Below are positions 1 to 13,020 of a stretch of DNA of 64,000 nucleotides, piece by piece (the stretch's first letter is position 1; every line of letters starts with the position of its first letter). The stretch is from Orbicella franksi (lineage: Eukaryota). The notes under the pieces were generated by a model that was not told the origin of the DNA, did no database searches, and saw nothing but the letters and a program-made list of their open reading frames with translations. A program made the translations under genes and the position numbers. The DNA is taken from positions 30,380,001 to 30,444,000 of the forward strand of contig OZ116704.1 in NCBI GenBank assembly GCA_964199315.1, read 5' to 3'.

Positions 1-600
1 CGTGCTATTTCCCTGCATGAATGATTAACTCAAAGCGCCACTGGCAGGACTCGCATTTATTAACCTGCTTGAAAGTCGTTTCTCGGAAAGTGCCGAACGG
101 ATTAAAGCGAAAAGCATCTCTTTCGAAACGTATTTATTTAAAGCGCAGGACAGCTAAAATATTTGTTTCTCGTTTGTTAGAAAGTGCTGTGTAAAGTTAC
201 CAGGTTTGTAGGTCCGCAACGTTTTTATCAAGAGAGGTCTCTTTCGAAAGCATTTTCAAAGCGCTGGGCAGGACAATTGTCTTCTATGCGTTTATCCTAA
301 GTTTACTTCGAGAATAAGTCTTGTCATTTCTCAGCTGCATGCATGACTGATGCACGTGAGGCGGCACGGCAGCTGACAAGAATTGCATTTTAACCCTGCT
401 CTAAGACTGTTTCGCGAAAAGTACTAAAAGGACTAAAGATCTCTTTGGAGAGCTCTTTCAAAGCGCTGAACAGTTAGAATTTTCCTTCCTTTTTCCTTTC
501 GAATTGCGATTTAAATGCGGAACATAAATAAAATGAATAAAAATCGCACTCCTGATGATAATAGCTGAAAAAAATTAATAATGGAAAAGATATAAATATA

Positions 601-1080
601 TACTCGAACCTCCCGTAAGCGACCACCCCAAATGTCAACCCTAGGTGGTCGTTTACGGGAGATGGTCGCTTACGAGAGTTTAGACCATACTGGGTCAAAA
701 TCTTGCCTCATTAGCATATGGTAACTGCGGAGACTTAAAATGCTTTATTCATTGGAAAAGTTAATTTCGAGAGAAAATCCGATTCTTCCCATCAAGATAT
801 TTCCATCCCCTGTACTATCCGGATCGCGACAATGTTACAACACCTTATCATCCAGTCTCCGCTCTATTATCTGATTAGTGGTCGTCTACGGGAGGTTAAA
901 AACAAAAGAAATTTCAAGCTTTTAGCTCTAAAGTTGGTCGCGGTCGCTTACGAGAGCTGGTCGCCTACAAGAGGTTCCAAATATAGTGATTTGACTCGGA
1001 AACTTTAGGTATTTTGGAAAACTGGTCGCTGAGTAGGGGTGGTCGCTCACGAGAGGTGGTCGCAACCGGAGGTTCGACTG
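601..1080. mobile_element. Non-autonomous Tc1/mariner-type MITE (~480 bp)
   Basis: Terminal inverted repeats: tactcgaacctcccgtaagcgaccacc at 601 versus ggtggtcgcaaccggaggttcgactg ending at 1080 (reverse complement cagtcgaacctccggttgcgaccacc). TA flanks both ends (599-600, 1081-1082). Internal ggtcgc(t)tacgagag sub-repeats are present and there is no ORF. Confidence 0.8.
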
Positions 1081-1645
1081 TATTTAAAATACCTGCAGGT
1101 ATATTCTACATAACAAATTTTTCAAATTTATTACACTGCGTGCAGTCACGTGTATTTGTGTCAAAAATCTGTTGGGGACAATGGTGCAGGATTAAAAATT
1201 TCTTTTTATTGTCAAGGTCTGACCGTAAGGGAGCCATATCAATGAGTTTGTAATTTAATGTAGCTGAATATCCAATGAAAGTTCTGATGTGGATTCTATT
1301 ATCGCTAGTGATCCATTCGCCCAAGCCAATTGATTATTAATATTAACATTTTCGAATACAGCTCTCTGCCTATTGAATTCATCACTTTGCGAAAATTTTG
1401 ACAACCTGTTCACCACCTGCTTACCAATTGATTCAAATCATTTCCATTATGCAATATACTTTATGGAATTTATTTTCTACTAGAAGATTTCGGTTCTAAA
1501 ACCCAACAAAAATGTTACATAAGTCTACAGTTCAAAACTACAGTTTATATTGTGCGAGTATGATTGCTTCCTCCCTCCCTCTCTCCCAAATATATGAAAT
1601 TAAGGCTTCAATCAACGGTACTGTAAATGCAGGCATAATTAACGG

Positions 1646-1949
1646 TAAGGTAGGAAAAGGTAAAGTCTGCAAACGAGCCAAGTGACCCACCAGGCCGATG
1701 CTTATCTCCAGCATGAAGCGACCAGGAGTATTCTAGTCCACCCTGTTTGAGATACTATTCTATCGCAGGGTTACCCCACAGCATCAAATTCTCCTGTACC
1801 CATTTATACAACTGGGTGGCCGGGGAGAGGCACTGTGAGAGTAAAGTGTCTTGCCTAAGAACAAAACACAGTTTCCCCAGCCAGGACTCGAACCCAGACT
1901 GCTCGATCCAGAGCCGAAGCGCACTAACCACGAGGCCAGCGCACTTCCC
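1646..1949 (-). mobile_element. tRNA-derived SINE (resembles the Nin/Deu-domain SINE common in cnidarians)
   Basis: The minus strand starts with a tRNA-like head: A-box-like tggcctcgtggttagtgcgc and B box ggttcgagtcc (plus 1884-1894). The body includes cttaggcaagacactttactctcacagtgcctctc and gtataaatgggtac, and ends in a (ttacc/tttacc)-type tail. The family assignment is from recall, not a database search. Confidence 0.75.
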
Positions 1950-2098
1950 AATTAAGGTTAAGGAGAAGTTAAAGAATACAAAATCAATGGCGTAACATAA
2001 ATATTGAGAAAGAAAAAAAAAATCAAATCAGATGACAATAATGACACAACATGATAATGATATGACAAAGGAGGAGAAAATTTCCAGTCTTGTTTATT

Positions 2099-3103
2099 TT
2101 ACTCTATTTTTAAACAACTTAAAAGGACTTTCTTGATTTCCTTTCTGTAAGCGTCGTTCATCATCGTGTAAAACAGGGGATTCAGAGCACTGTTAGCAAA
2201 TACTACAATGTTACCAAACGACAAGAGCTCCCAGAAGTAAGAAACGTTTTTGTCAGCTCCCCCGAAGTCTAGCCACAGCCACAGGATGTTATTAGGCAAG
2301 ACACAAGCAGCAAACAGTAATGTTACGGTAGCTAACATCCTTGTGACCTTTCTGGCTTCCTTGTAGTGAACTTCGCGGATAAAACTTCTCCTTCGCGTCG
2401 AAGTTTTTCGTTTCAGGTCTAAAGCAATACTGAGATGAGCGCAAGAAATAACTGTCAGTGGGATCACATACTGAAGAAAGAACAGTGACAACGTGTAGGC
2501 CTTCCTTGACCTCTCACTCTTCCAGTTCTCTTCACAACTTAACGTCGTAGAATTCAGCTGGAGGGTGGCAATATAGGGACACACCGAAATGAAGGATGCA
2601 ACCCAGATCCAAAGAATCACCCACTTAACTCTCTCGACTTTCAGTTGTTGTCTAAGCGGATGTACGACGGCCCAGTACCTCGAAAGGCTCAATGCAACGA
2701 GAGTGTACACAGAAGCAAACAAAGTTTGAGTCTGCAAAGGATATATAACTCTGCACATGAACGCACCGTAGGGCCAATAGTAGTCCATTTCTTGCACTGG
2801 GATATCAAACGGTATGCATATACAAGTAAACACAAGGTCCGCGACTGCAAGATTCAAAATAAGATAGTTCACGACGCTCTTCATGGCTCTTCTCCTTAAT
2901 ATAATGAAGCAAACGAGACCGTTGCCCACCGCGCTTGTCGCAAATATTGTGGAATAAAGAATCAAAAGCACCATTTTCCAGTACTTGAGAAATTCACTCT
3001 TTGAAATCACATCATCAGCTGATGTGGGAAAGGTTGAGTTCCTTTGCAAAGTCAGGTGTGTTGGCGAAATTGCTCCTTGTGAATCGGAAGTTTCATTAGC
3101 CAT
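2099..3103 (-). CDS. Rhodopsin-class (class A) GPCR, neuropeptide-receptor-like (galanin/QRFP/RYamide-receptor-like grade), paralog 1, 334 aa
   Basis: Seven hydrophobic helices with GN (TM1), NLAVAD (TM2), SLSRYW (DRY position), W in TM4, YVIP (TM5), CVLP (TM6) and NSALNPLFY (TM7). Cys at the top of TM3 and in ECL2 (SCEENW); N-terminal NxS/T sequons. The coding region is intronless, with a likely 5'UTR splice acceptor at plus 3179-3180. Confidence 0.93.
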   Translation of the reverse strand: MANETSDSQGAISPTHLTLQRNSTFPTSADDVISKSEFLKYWKMVLLILYSTIFATSAVGNGLVCFIILRRRAMKSVVNYLILNLAVADLVFTCICIPFDIPVQEMDYYWPYGAFMCRVIYPLQTQTLFASVYTLVALSLSRYWAVVHPLRQQLKVERVKWVILWIWVASFISVCPYIATLQLNSTTLSCEENWKSERSRKAYTLSLFFLQYVIPLTVISCAHLSIALDLKRKTSTRRRSFIREVHYKEARKVTRMLATVTLLFAACVLPNNILWLWLDFGGADKNVSYFWELLSFGNIVVFANSALNPLFYTMMNDAYRKEIKKVLLSCLKIE

Positions 3104-6100
3104 TGGTAGATTACCCCCAAATATCCAACCAGAGGATATCGAACCTGGGGAAGATAGAACCTTTAATTACGTTTGCACCTGAAGTAGAAATAAGATTAAT
3201 CAAAAATGGTATTTCTACATTATGACAACAGAACTATGGAATTATGAAAACAGAAATGTATCTTAACATTAAAACAAGTTCCTTGCCTTCCAGGAAACGT
3301 TTCCATCCATTCAGTTATATTCTTTTACATTATTTTTGCCCCCTTACTTTTCTTAAGCCTGTTCGGTAGTACTGTTCTCCCAATCGTCCAAATTGTATTC
3401 ACGCGCACCAAACAAGAAATGTTGTTAACTCAATGCAATACTTGCTGAAAACAAACAAACAAAAAAAAGCGCTAATTGCCAATGAAATAGATTCCGAACC
3501 ATTTACCTAATTTCAACGAAAGAAAAAAATGATAGTAAATAATTTCGCAATTGACAACTGAACAATGATGTTGTACATTCTTTATTGACACAAAGCAAAT
3601 TTTTGTATTCAAGTATTGCGTATGAAAAAATAAAAGGTTAGAAAGAAATACACAGCTGAAGAAATCATTCAGCGATGACGCCAATACATCAAATTACAAT
3701 ATGGCTGTGCGGCTAGTTATTAGGCGGCATAAGGAGGCGCAGAAACTGATCTGAATAGATACACTTGAAGGAGAAAACTGGCAAATTCATTGCGTTCAAG
3801 GTTCCTCTTGAAACGTCTAATGATTGATCACGAGCTGCACGCTCACTGTCCAAAACTCGGTTTCTGATTGGTATTTTTACCTGGGAAACTGACCGCGCCC
3901 AGTTTCGAAGCAGTGTCAATTACACTTGAAAACCCAATTTCAAAGAAACATCACATTTCCCATGGCCAGCGAAAATGGTTTCGGGATCCGTAACTGCGCG
4001 GCTTATGTTAAAATATCAAATATACAGACGTACAAATAATGAAACTCTTCCCGTGCCCATTAGAATGTCTGGATTTATTTTAGAGGACATACTAATTGTT
4101 GTCTGGTATCAACTTGCTAGAGAGAAGAGGCTTCACTGGGGCTTGTAGTTCGACTAACGAACGAGAGCTAGTTATTTACTATTAAAGCAAACGAGTGCAA
4201 CAATCTAGATATTACTTCTCATGTTGCTGAGGTAACAGGGTACGGTCTGAGGTAAAACTACATTAAGTATCACTAGCTCGTTTTACCAGAAAATGGCAAA
4301 AACGAAGAAAATGCAAAAAAAAAAACGACGAAGAAAAGAGGTTGAATTAAATATAGCATGGTCAACATTTCCCTTCATTCAATTGAAGATCGATAGTGGC
4401 AAGAGACTAGATCATAGCCTCTTGATAGTGGGAGCACATTGACTTTTAAGGTCTTAAACGCAAAAAAGTCAGATTATCGTCGGCCGGTGTTAACAAGAAG
4501 GCACTGAGGTACATGTACATGTATTGAAACGGGTCCAAACCCACAATGGCCTTCTTTTAATGGCGGATTTAAATGCTCTGAATCATTCAGCAAAGCAGCC
4601 GATTGCGAAACTTGTGTTTTCTTTTGAAATTCATATTCAACGCCGGTTTTGGTAACCGGGAAAATTTCTCACAAGCTCAATGGAGGACAATGGATAGGCA
4701 AAATATACGCCGTAAACCGTAACATGGCGGCTCACACGCTCTTCGTCAATCTCAATTTCTTGAAAAAAAAAAAAAAAGGACCAAATAAGAGCCTTTTTTA
4801 TGTTTGTGTCAGCTTAGTAAATTTGTTTTAATCGTACCAAAAAATATTGTATATTAACATATTTTAAATTAGCGTGTCAGTTTCCTTGATTTGGTGACTG
4901 CTAAATTACAGATTCACTCTGACCTCATTTCTCATGACCAAATAAACCTAAAATTCAGTTTGTTCAGTGAATAAACAACGGAAAACAAATTAAACAAGAA
5001 ATCTAATGGATTTATTAAGAAAAAAAGACCTGTCATTAGTATTCATTTCATCATTTATTTGACCACTGTAATCAGTAAACCAACGTTGTAATGTAAGATG
5101 CCTCGTGTTCTACTTATTGCCGTTTCGTTCTGTGTCACATATTAGGTAATAGATTATTATTATTATTATTTTTAAAAGTTTTACCAATATTAGGTTAGGA
5201 TAAAAGGGATTAATTCCAAGATGTACGGCATACTAAGATTTTCTTCTCTTCGCCCTGTTTAATCAGCTGAGTGCGAATCGCGTTAGCGATCATCTTTGCC
5301 TAACCTTGCGGCCATCAATATTCTCAGTTGAGAAAACCTCAAAAATGATAAAATGAAGAGAGGAAACAAATTTCCCTCCAGTTCCTCCTAGTTTCAAGAT
5401 GGGCCTGAGAGTAGGCTACTCTTGTAATGAACATCATTGAACTACAAATATAGTAAATTGATTTTAAACCATTAGTGACTCACGTGTTAAAGATGTGGGT
5501 GTTTTCAGAATTGGTAGAAGTCCTCCAGCGACTCAGTTACCAGTCAACACAACACAACGGACTGGAGTAAGCCGATGTCTTCGCAATCAGCTGACTTTTC
5601 AACTCGACCTCTTAAGTTTAAAATGCTACAACATTAACGACTGGAAGCAACTTGACGTATTAAAAAATATCACGTGTCAGGTTATCTCGTATTGCCATAA
5701 ATGTTGCGCTCGAGCTAAGATAAAGCGACCATTGTCAAACTAATGGAAAAAACTCTAATAGTCTCAAAGTATATATGTAAAAAGGAAAAAAGAAAGTACA
5801 ACTCCAAGAATTGATTCCAACCTGGATAGCCAAAAAAGTAATCATGACACCATTAAATTTAATTACTTCAGTCATGCTTTTCCTCTTGTTTTGACGACCA
5901 AAGTCTTAATAAGGCAATTTCTGAATTCCTGCCTTTATATTAAAACAATATCACCTGGGCTCATCTGATAATTATGACATGGCTATTTTCAAAATACTCG
6001 AATCCCACAAAAACTCGCTGAATAATTTCATGATTGAATATTTTAACAACGTTTTTATTTCATTTTGACAGAAAAAAAAATGAAACTACATGAGCTCATT

Positions 6101-7556
6101 TCACATCTTTACAACTCATTGAAACGCTTTTCCCTGGCTATGAAACACTGGGTGATTTAGTTTTTTTTTTTGTCTTTTTAATCAAAAATCGACTGTTGTT
6201 ACTTCCAATGTGGTTTCGTGATCCTGTTAATTGTAAACAAAGAGTAATTGTCAAAATATGTCAAATCATAAAAAAAATATTACTTTATGATCCAGTCATT
6301 TAAGATAACAAATCTTTTTGTTGAAACATCCGCTTCAATATTTGCAAAAATTGTGACAATAAATATTTGCGTTTTTATCAGTCCATCTTTATACATGCAT
6401 TAGCTCTCAATGTCCGTTCCCTTTACCTCGTCTTACCACCTCTGAGATCACTTAGTATAACAACTGCGTCTTGATACACCCTCTATAATTTAGAATTAAA
6501 GAATAATTATTCAAAATATGGTTAATCACACGGTGACGAGTGAAATGAGGAAATAATTTTACGCGCGTTTTGTCAAAATTCTACTAACTTTCCTGACCAT
6601 TAGGCGAGGGAAATTATTATAATTTTTACACAACGCACGTGACATTATTTCTTAAATTCTCTATTATACCATTCGATTACCTTTTAATATTATAGGTGAT
6701 AAATTACGCTTGCAATTCTGAGTTTCTGACTTGTTTATTTACTCTGTGTTGAGAAATTTCTCGCCAAACTTTGCCATGGCAATATGATTCTATAATTTCA
6801 AATGCGAAATTATAAAAAGAAAATCGCTGAAATTTTTCTCCAAAATTAAGGAGTAATTTGTCACCCATGATGATATGACAGTAATATAACTTAGTTTGAA
6901 TTGTGCCATTTCATTCTCGCAACGAATCAATAATATGTGCCTCTACTACACCCTATTGTAATTAGTTTGGCCTTAAGTGGGGATCGCTATACTTGTCATC
7001 GCTTGTAACGTGACTTAATTTGCCCTTTCTCAGGCTGCCTTACAAAATTTCCATACCTAAATTGCTCTAACAACATCGTGACGTATGGTGAAATTTTGTC
7101 CAGTTCTGATTTTTCTGTACTGATTTTGAAATACTTCAAGCTAAAGTCAAAAGAATACTTAACTCGACCAATCGAAAGATAGAATAATAATCATTATCAG
7201 GCTCAAAAGCTAAGAGTGCCAAAATGAAAATAAATAAATAAATAAATGATAATAACCAAATGAAAAAAAAGCAATTATGTCGATAAATGAATAAAATAGT
7301 TACAATTTGCAAAAATCGATCCCTTGTGCAAGAGGCTAAATTTGAAAAGAAAAATAAAGAACTTTTAAAAAATGAAATAAATGAATAAATAGATGGAAGT
7401 TCAAGTTGGAATCTTTTCAAATTTTTAAAATAGAACCTTGCAAGAGAAGGGTCATTAACGTTTCCAACATCAAAAAAAGAAGCATGATTTGGTATACCAT
7501 GATTCGAGTTCTTGGATCACTGGAATCAATATGATCCTGATCCGGATAAAACCCAA

Positions 7557-8009
7557 ACAACAACAATAACTTTATTTACTTGTACATTTACAGTTTTTTT
7601 TTTATATATCAGTGAAATGTAAAGGCAAAGAAAAAAGTGTCTGGAGACTCATGATCAAGTAACCAAGGGTTTTCTAGTCAGCCTCCAGTTATTACGTTTC
7701 TATGGAGATTTCAGAGAAAAAGGCTATTAAGAGAATAAGATATGTACATAAAATTGGAAAAAAGGAGTTGTAGAAATATTACTTGTTTTCAGAATGTTGC
7801 TCAGACAGTAAATAAAGTTTCAGATGTTTCGAGAAGTTGAAGGTATTGAGATCTTTAAGATGAGTAGGGATATTGTTCCAGAGAATAGTCGCTGTATAAG
7901 CAATTGTTTGTTTACCAGAATTGGTACGCACTTTAGATATGTATAGTTTTTGTCTAGATGCATATCTGGTGTAGTATCCGTGTACTTCACTGGCGTATTG
8001 AAAGAAAGG
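7557..8009 (-). mobile_element. 5'-truncated LINE (L2/CR1-group) 3' fragment
   Basis: An ATG-less minus-strand frame (8009 to stop at 7779) translates PFFQYASEVHGYYTRYASRQKLYISKVRTNSGKQTIAYTATILWNNIPTHLKDLNTFNFSKHLKLYLLSEQHSENK*. This matches the H-x-Y-x-TR...RT...GK...LWN-x-P...LK...F...LK C-terminus of L2/CR1-type ORF2. A 3'UTR follows, with AATAAA (plus 7571-7576) and a (TTG)n tail. Confidence 0.8.
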
Positions 8010-9613
8010 GACTTACCCTTATAGTAGCACTCGAATAACTTGAGGTGGCCATTTCTCTTTAGTATTCACAAAAGCATTTGGAAATATCACTTAAAACAAG
8101 AATCCAAAATTACAAATGACAGAAGTCTAGACATTTATTGTTTTTGTAAGATCGCACTCTCTCAGCGGATATACTAATGTCATGTCATACCACACACGAC
8201 GGCGGCACACAAATATCGGATACGGGTTTTCCATGTACCGCGCTGAGTGTTCCAAAACTCCAAAAACGAAAGTCATTTTGACTTATTTTGAAAGACTTTA
8301 TCAAAGAGTCTCAATACGCTGTGTTGTCATAAGATAAATGCTTTCTGGCCAAGTTGATCCAAGAAAAGCTACTTGTGAATGATCGTCACGCCATCACATC
8401 CAGTGCTGCTGCGCAGATCAAGCCATACAAGTGGATGGTAAGCTATATATCTTAAAATCTGATAAGAAAACCTTTCTTTTTATGGCATATTTTGTTTTAA
8501 TGAGAACACTGACCACCTTGCAGCATACGAAAAGCGCTGAAGATAACTGTAAGTTCAAAGGCCATAACGCTTCATGGGAATACTGTACATGTGTTCAGAA
8601 GTCACAGATTGAATTTCCCCAAATTTCATTTCCCATAGGAAACTTTACGGTTTCTTTCAAATAACATTTCCACAGTGGAATCTATGTGCAGGCGTTATTT
8701 TTGTCGTGGAAAATTGCAAAAAACGAACTTTCTCGTAATGTTGATTAGGACGGTAAATTTGCATAATAACAATGGTTTGAGGGCTTCTCCAAGGGCAAAA
8801 GTTCAAATATCGCTTTAAATGAAAAAAACTCGAGATGAAGTAGATTTTGCATTTTCTAAAATAGTTTACAAGTGGCTTCCCTGTGACAAAGTTTGGGGAC
8901 TCAATTCCGTCTTACACGCCAATCCGTGGTTTGTAAGTTGTTTGTAAGTTTGTAGGCTCGTAGTTTTTGTTTTGTTTTGTTTTCTTACTGTGACTAAATA
9001 AATAAGAAAGAAGTAACAACAAAGAAATCGATGATAACCAAAAGATCACCATCTCTATAGCTTTAAAATTCTCGCCTTACAATTATGTGGAAAGATGGGC
9101 ATTTTGCTTATCAACATGCTAATTGTCAAAGGAACTTAGTCTGTCTTACTTTTCAAGCAACGAGCAGACCATTACATCCCTCTAACACGTCGATCGAGAC
9201 ATTTTAGTTTTAGTCTTATATTCGGACGTCTGTGTCTCAAGGAGCTCGTATAAATGAATTTCTGCACTAGGTACACTTGTTGAAAAGATGGTTAAAAGTA
9301 ATTTAGGATGAAAAGTTGATGGAGGATTTTCTTTCTGTACATATATCTATATGAGGACGTGCAATAGTGTTTCCCAAGTTGAAGAAAAATTGACGTATAA
9401 AACTAGGAGACAGAAAATATCAGCAAAAACCCAAAAACCTAAATACAATTCGAAATAAAAGCTATTCTTGAATTAAGTAAATCGTGCTCTAAACATGCGG
9501 GCCCTGATTGGCACAAGTTATTTTTGAGAATGTGCTTCAAATCACATATTCTTGTGGTAGTTTTCTTGATTTTGGTTACACTGTATTTTGGATTAGTCCT
9601 CGAGAGTTAAGGG

Positions 9614-10729
9614 TTATACATCGGTTTCTGGTGCGTTTTTCATCATTTTCTTTAATTCTCTTCCTTTCATCGAGCTTATTCGAGTCCATGTAGTGGTGTA
9701 ATAGCTTGCGCGTTGGGCTCTCAAAAACGAAGACCGTTCCAGTATTGATTTAAAAATATTACGGTCGCACGAGACATAATGTCGGAATTCCTCCCGAAAA
9801 TTATCGTGGCATATCGTGTAGGCTATTGGATTCGCAGCACTGTTAGCGAACAGGATAATATTGGTGACCGCGACCACGTCCCAAAAATGTTCGTATTCTT
9901 CCCCATTGCCAAAGTCTAGCCATAACCACATAATGTTATTAGGCAGAACGCAAACTGCAAAGAGAGCTGTCACAACAATTAGCATGCGTACAACTCGCTT
10001 CCTCTCGATCTGATGAGATTTGCTGAGGTCTCTGTTAATACAAGATGTCTTCCTCTTTTTAATACATTTGCGCATCTCACGTGCAATTTTCAAGTAGACC
10101 AATGTGATTACTGTCAAAGGGACCACGTACTGAACCAGGAAAAGTGACAGTGTGTACGCCTTTCTGTAATTAACATTCACAGGCCAGTGTTCTTCGCAGC
10201 TCACCGTCTCTTCGTCAAGTCGCAACACTAAGATGTAAGGAAGCGTGACCAAGGCCGATAAAAGCCATATTACAGAGATGAATCCCTTTGCATGCTTCTT
10301 TGACATTTGGTTTTGTAAAGGGTAGACAATGGCCCAATAGCGGTTTAGGCTAACGGTCATCAGGGTGAAGATTGACGCGAACATAGCCATTGTCTGAAGA
10401 GGGTAAAGAAGCTTGCAAAGAAGACTTCCATACGGCCATTTGTAGTTGTTTTCTTGAACTGGGATATCGAATGGAATGCAAATACAAGTAATGGCGAGAT
10501 CGGCTGCTGCCAGATTTAATATGAAGCAATTTGTCACGGTACGCATTCGATGCCTTCTAACTATTACAATACATACAAGAGTGTTGCCAATAATGCTGAT
10601 AAGGAATATGATTGCATAAAAGAACAGTTTGAAGATTTTAAACTCGGCACTCTCGGTTGACGATAAGTTGACTAACGTTGAGTTGTGCAAATCATTCGAA
10701 GAATTTCCTTTGAAGCTTATATTTACCAT
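9614..10729 (-). CDS. Rhodopsin-class GPCR, neuropeptide-receptor-like, paralog 2, 371 aa
   Basis: 7TM with IGN, NLAAAD, SLNRYW, YVVP, CVLP and NSAANPIAY. It shares CIPFDIPVQE..Y.WPYG and WLWLDFG blocks with paralogs 1 and 3, and has a long Ser/Thr-rich C-tail. A strong upstream splice acceptor lies at plus 10976-10977. Confidence 0.94.
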   Translation of the reverse strand: MVNISFKGNSSNDLHNSTLVNLSSTESAEFKIFKLFFYAIIFLISIIGNTLVCIVIVRRHRMRTVTNCFILNLAAADLAITCICIPFDIPVQENNYKWPYGSLLCKLLYPLQTMAMFASIFTLMTVSLNRYWAIVYPLQNQMSKKHAKGFISVIWLLSALVTLPYILVLRLDEETVSCEEHWPVNVNYRKAYTLSLFLVQYVVPLTVITLVYLKIAREMRKCIKKRKTSCINRDLSKSHQIERKRVVRMLIVVTALFAVCVLPNNIMWLWLDFGNGEEYEHFWDVVAVTNIILFANSAANPIAYTICHDNFREEFRHYVSCDRNIFKSILERSSFLRAQRASYYTTTWTRISSMKGRELKKMMKNAPETDV

Positions 10730-11011
10730 AGTGTTTGTAAATATTGCTTCCCTGTAAGGACAACTTTGACTCTGATGTGGACTTTTGTAAGGCGAACTTT
10801 TGTTGACGTTGCCTGTGATAAATTTTGACGGTGTGGACTTTTGGAAGGGGAGCTTTCGCTGACGTTGCCTGTGATAACAAATTGATATCCAGCGCTTGTT
10901 TAATTGCTAAAATGTTGGTCCAGTGATTTGCCAGTTTATGCCACTTCACCAGCTCTTTCACGAAGTATTTAACGTCTGAAACAGCAAAAAGAAAACAAGA
11001 AGTACTGTAAA

Positions 11012-11014
11012 ATA

Positions 11015-11052
<38 letters not shown>

Positions 11053-11059
11053 TAATAAT
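11012..11059. repeat. (AAT)n microsatellite
   Basis: A run of aat units with one gat interruption is seen directly. Confidence 0.9.
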
Positions 11060-12880
11060 AAAAAAAACTTGTAAGATAATAAGCACAGGCCATATTATTT
11101 CATTTCCTAGTGTTTAACTTAAAAAGACTTATTCGGAATGATCCTTTCCTTCCTTCCTTCCTTCCTTCCTTTCTTCTTTCCTTCTAGAAAGTGTAAACTT
11201 TGGGTATACTATTGCCTCGTCCAACATGATTACGCGTCGAAAACGTTTGGGAATTCCAAGATTGCACCCCAAAGGCCAAAATAATTTAAATAACCGTTTT
11301 GTATGAATTGCTTAGGGAAGACGCACTCCCTACTAACTGGATACGGACGGGACAAAGCGTAGATTTAACTGATTATTTCAAACAAGTTATCGGCAGGTAA
11401 CGTTTCAGTTATCTCGATCGGTCCACTTAAGACCGTGTATTTGATTTAACGCCATTAGATAGCAGAATTAAGATCACGCAGTCAGGGGATTAAAAACAAC
11501 TGACTGTATTCTTTGAGATCTCTCCCTGTTGCTTTTAATAGCGGCTTTAACGGTTAGCATCAGTGCCACTTACATAGAATTGCCTTGTGCAGTTTTGGCC
11601 CACTTGCTGAAGTTTCGGTAAACGTTTGCGAGCACTTTTTAAAATGACCTTCTGCTTGTAAACGTCCCTGGCACATATAACAAGTTCTTTGTTAATCCTG
11701 CAGCCCCAACGATATGTAAACGACTCCTCCCGGACTAATCAGGTTTTTTGATTGGCTGTGCATGCATCAGCTACTCCAATTTTACGATGTGGAAATTGTA
11801 TGGCAGAAGTTAAAGTTTTTCAAGCAGTGCGGCTCTGTTATAGTTAATGGCCGAATATAAGCTTATTTATCTTGTAAAATCCGTATTAAATCACTCTGAT
11901 ATCTGAGCGCGACATCTGTAACCCCGGCCTATAATGGAAACAATGCGTCCCGACTTTTCGAATTTTAAGGTCAGCTTGCAATGTTAACTTCTTGCTTAAC
12001 TGATTTGACGCCAAGGCTTGTAATGATATGCGGAAATCCTTTCTAACACTTTGCCTTTTCAATGGTATGAATAAACTTCAGACAAAGCCTTTTGAAAGAC
12101 CTGAAAATGCACATATGAAAGTGTGTTTCCTTCCTTCCTTCCTTTCTTTCTTTTATTTTTTATTTTTTATTTATTTATTTATTTTTTTTGCTATTTTGGA
12201 CTTTTGCACTATTGATACCGAATAGATTGACATGGGCGTTGCTGATGAAACCATATATTAACTCATTTCCACCTGATTAGCATCATCCTGCCTTTGCGAG
12301 TTCTATTTCTCGCCGCTTATCGGTGTTTTGGCTGTTTGTTTCTTTTAGGTTTCGGGCTGCTGCGGTTTTTTTCTTCATTTGGTTGTTATCTCCGCAGTGG
12401 CACGTTTTTGAATCAAGAGAGTAAAACGATTAAGAAATTAGGACAGATCCGAAAATACTCAACAAGGTTTAAACCGACTCAAATGAGTTGCTTGCGCCAG
12501 CCTCAAGTACTCTGTTTGTTGTGTTGGGTACAACTCTGTAAGTAAACGGTTCTTTCGCTATGAATATACTTCAGGGCTTTTAGCATCGCGAGCGGGGGGT
12601 CATGGCCCAGTTTTCATAATGCCAAGAGAACAAGACTAAAAATGGCCGAGTTCCAGCAAAATTTTATAACTCATTGCATAGAACAGAAACAGGAAACTGT
12701 TAATCGTGAAATCATGAAACGCCATTTTAAAAGCGATGAAAACCGCAATGCTGGAAGATAGGAACGAGAAAAGCAAGCAGAAAATGTTTGTCAGAAACAG
12801 TGAATCAGTTTTTCTTGTTGTTGTTGTTGTTGTTTTTTTTTTCAAAAGGGCCATGGGCCATAATGGCGGTTTTGAAATGC

Positions 12881-13020
12881 NNNNNNNNNNNNNNNNNNNN
12901 NNNNNNNNNNNNNNNNNNNNNNNNNNNNNNNNNNNNNNNNNNNNNNNNNNNNNNNNNNNNNNNNNNNNNNNNNNNNNNNNNNNNNNNNNNNNNNNNNNNN
13001 NNNNNNNNNNNNNNNNNNNN
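12881..13020. other. Assembly gap (140 N)
   Basis: Run of 140 n characters. Confidence 1.

Noticed and set aside
1884-1949. tRNA genes at the tRNA-like heads (also ~28810 and ~34960-35014)
   Set aside because: The A/B boxes continue into SINE bodies, and no complete cloverleaf or acceptor stem can be drawn.
2645-2899. Antisense ORFs overlapping the GPCRs (also 27879-28384)
   Set aside because: They are shadow frames of real coding sequence with no independent features.
10976-11093. Poly-Tyr N-terminus of the 133-aa minus-strand ORF
   Set aside because: It derives from the (AAT)n microsatellite and lies on the intron side of a strong splice acceptor.
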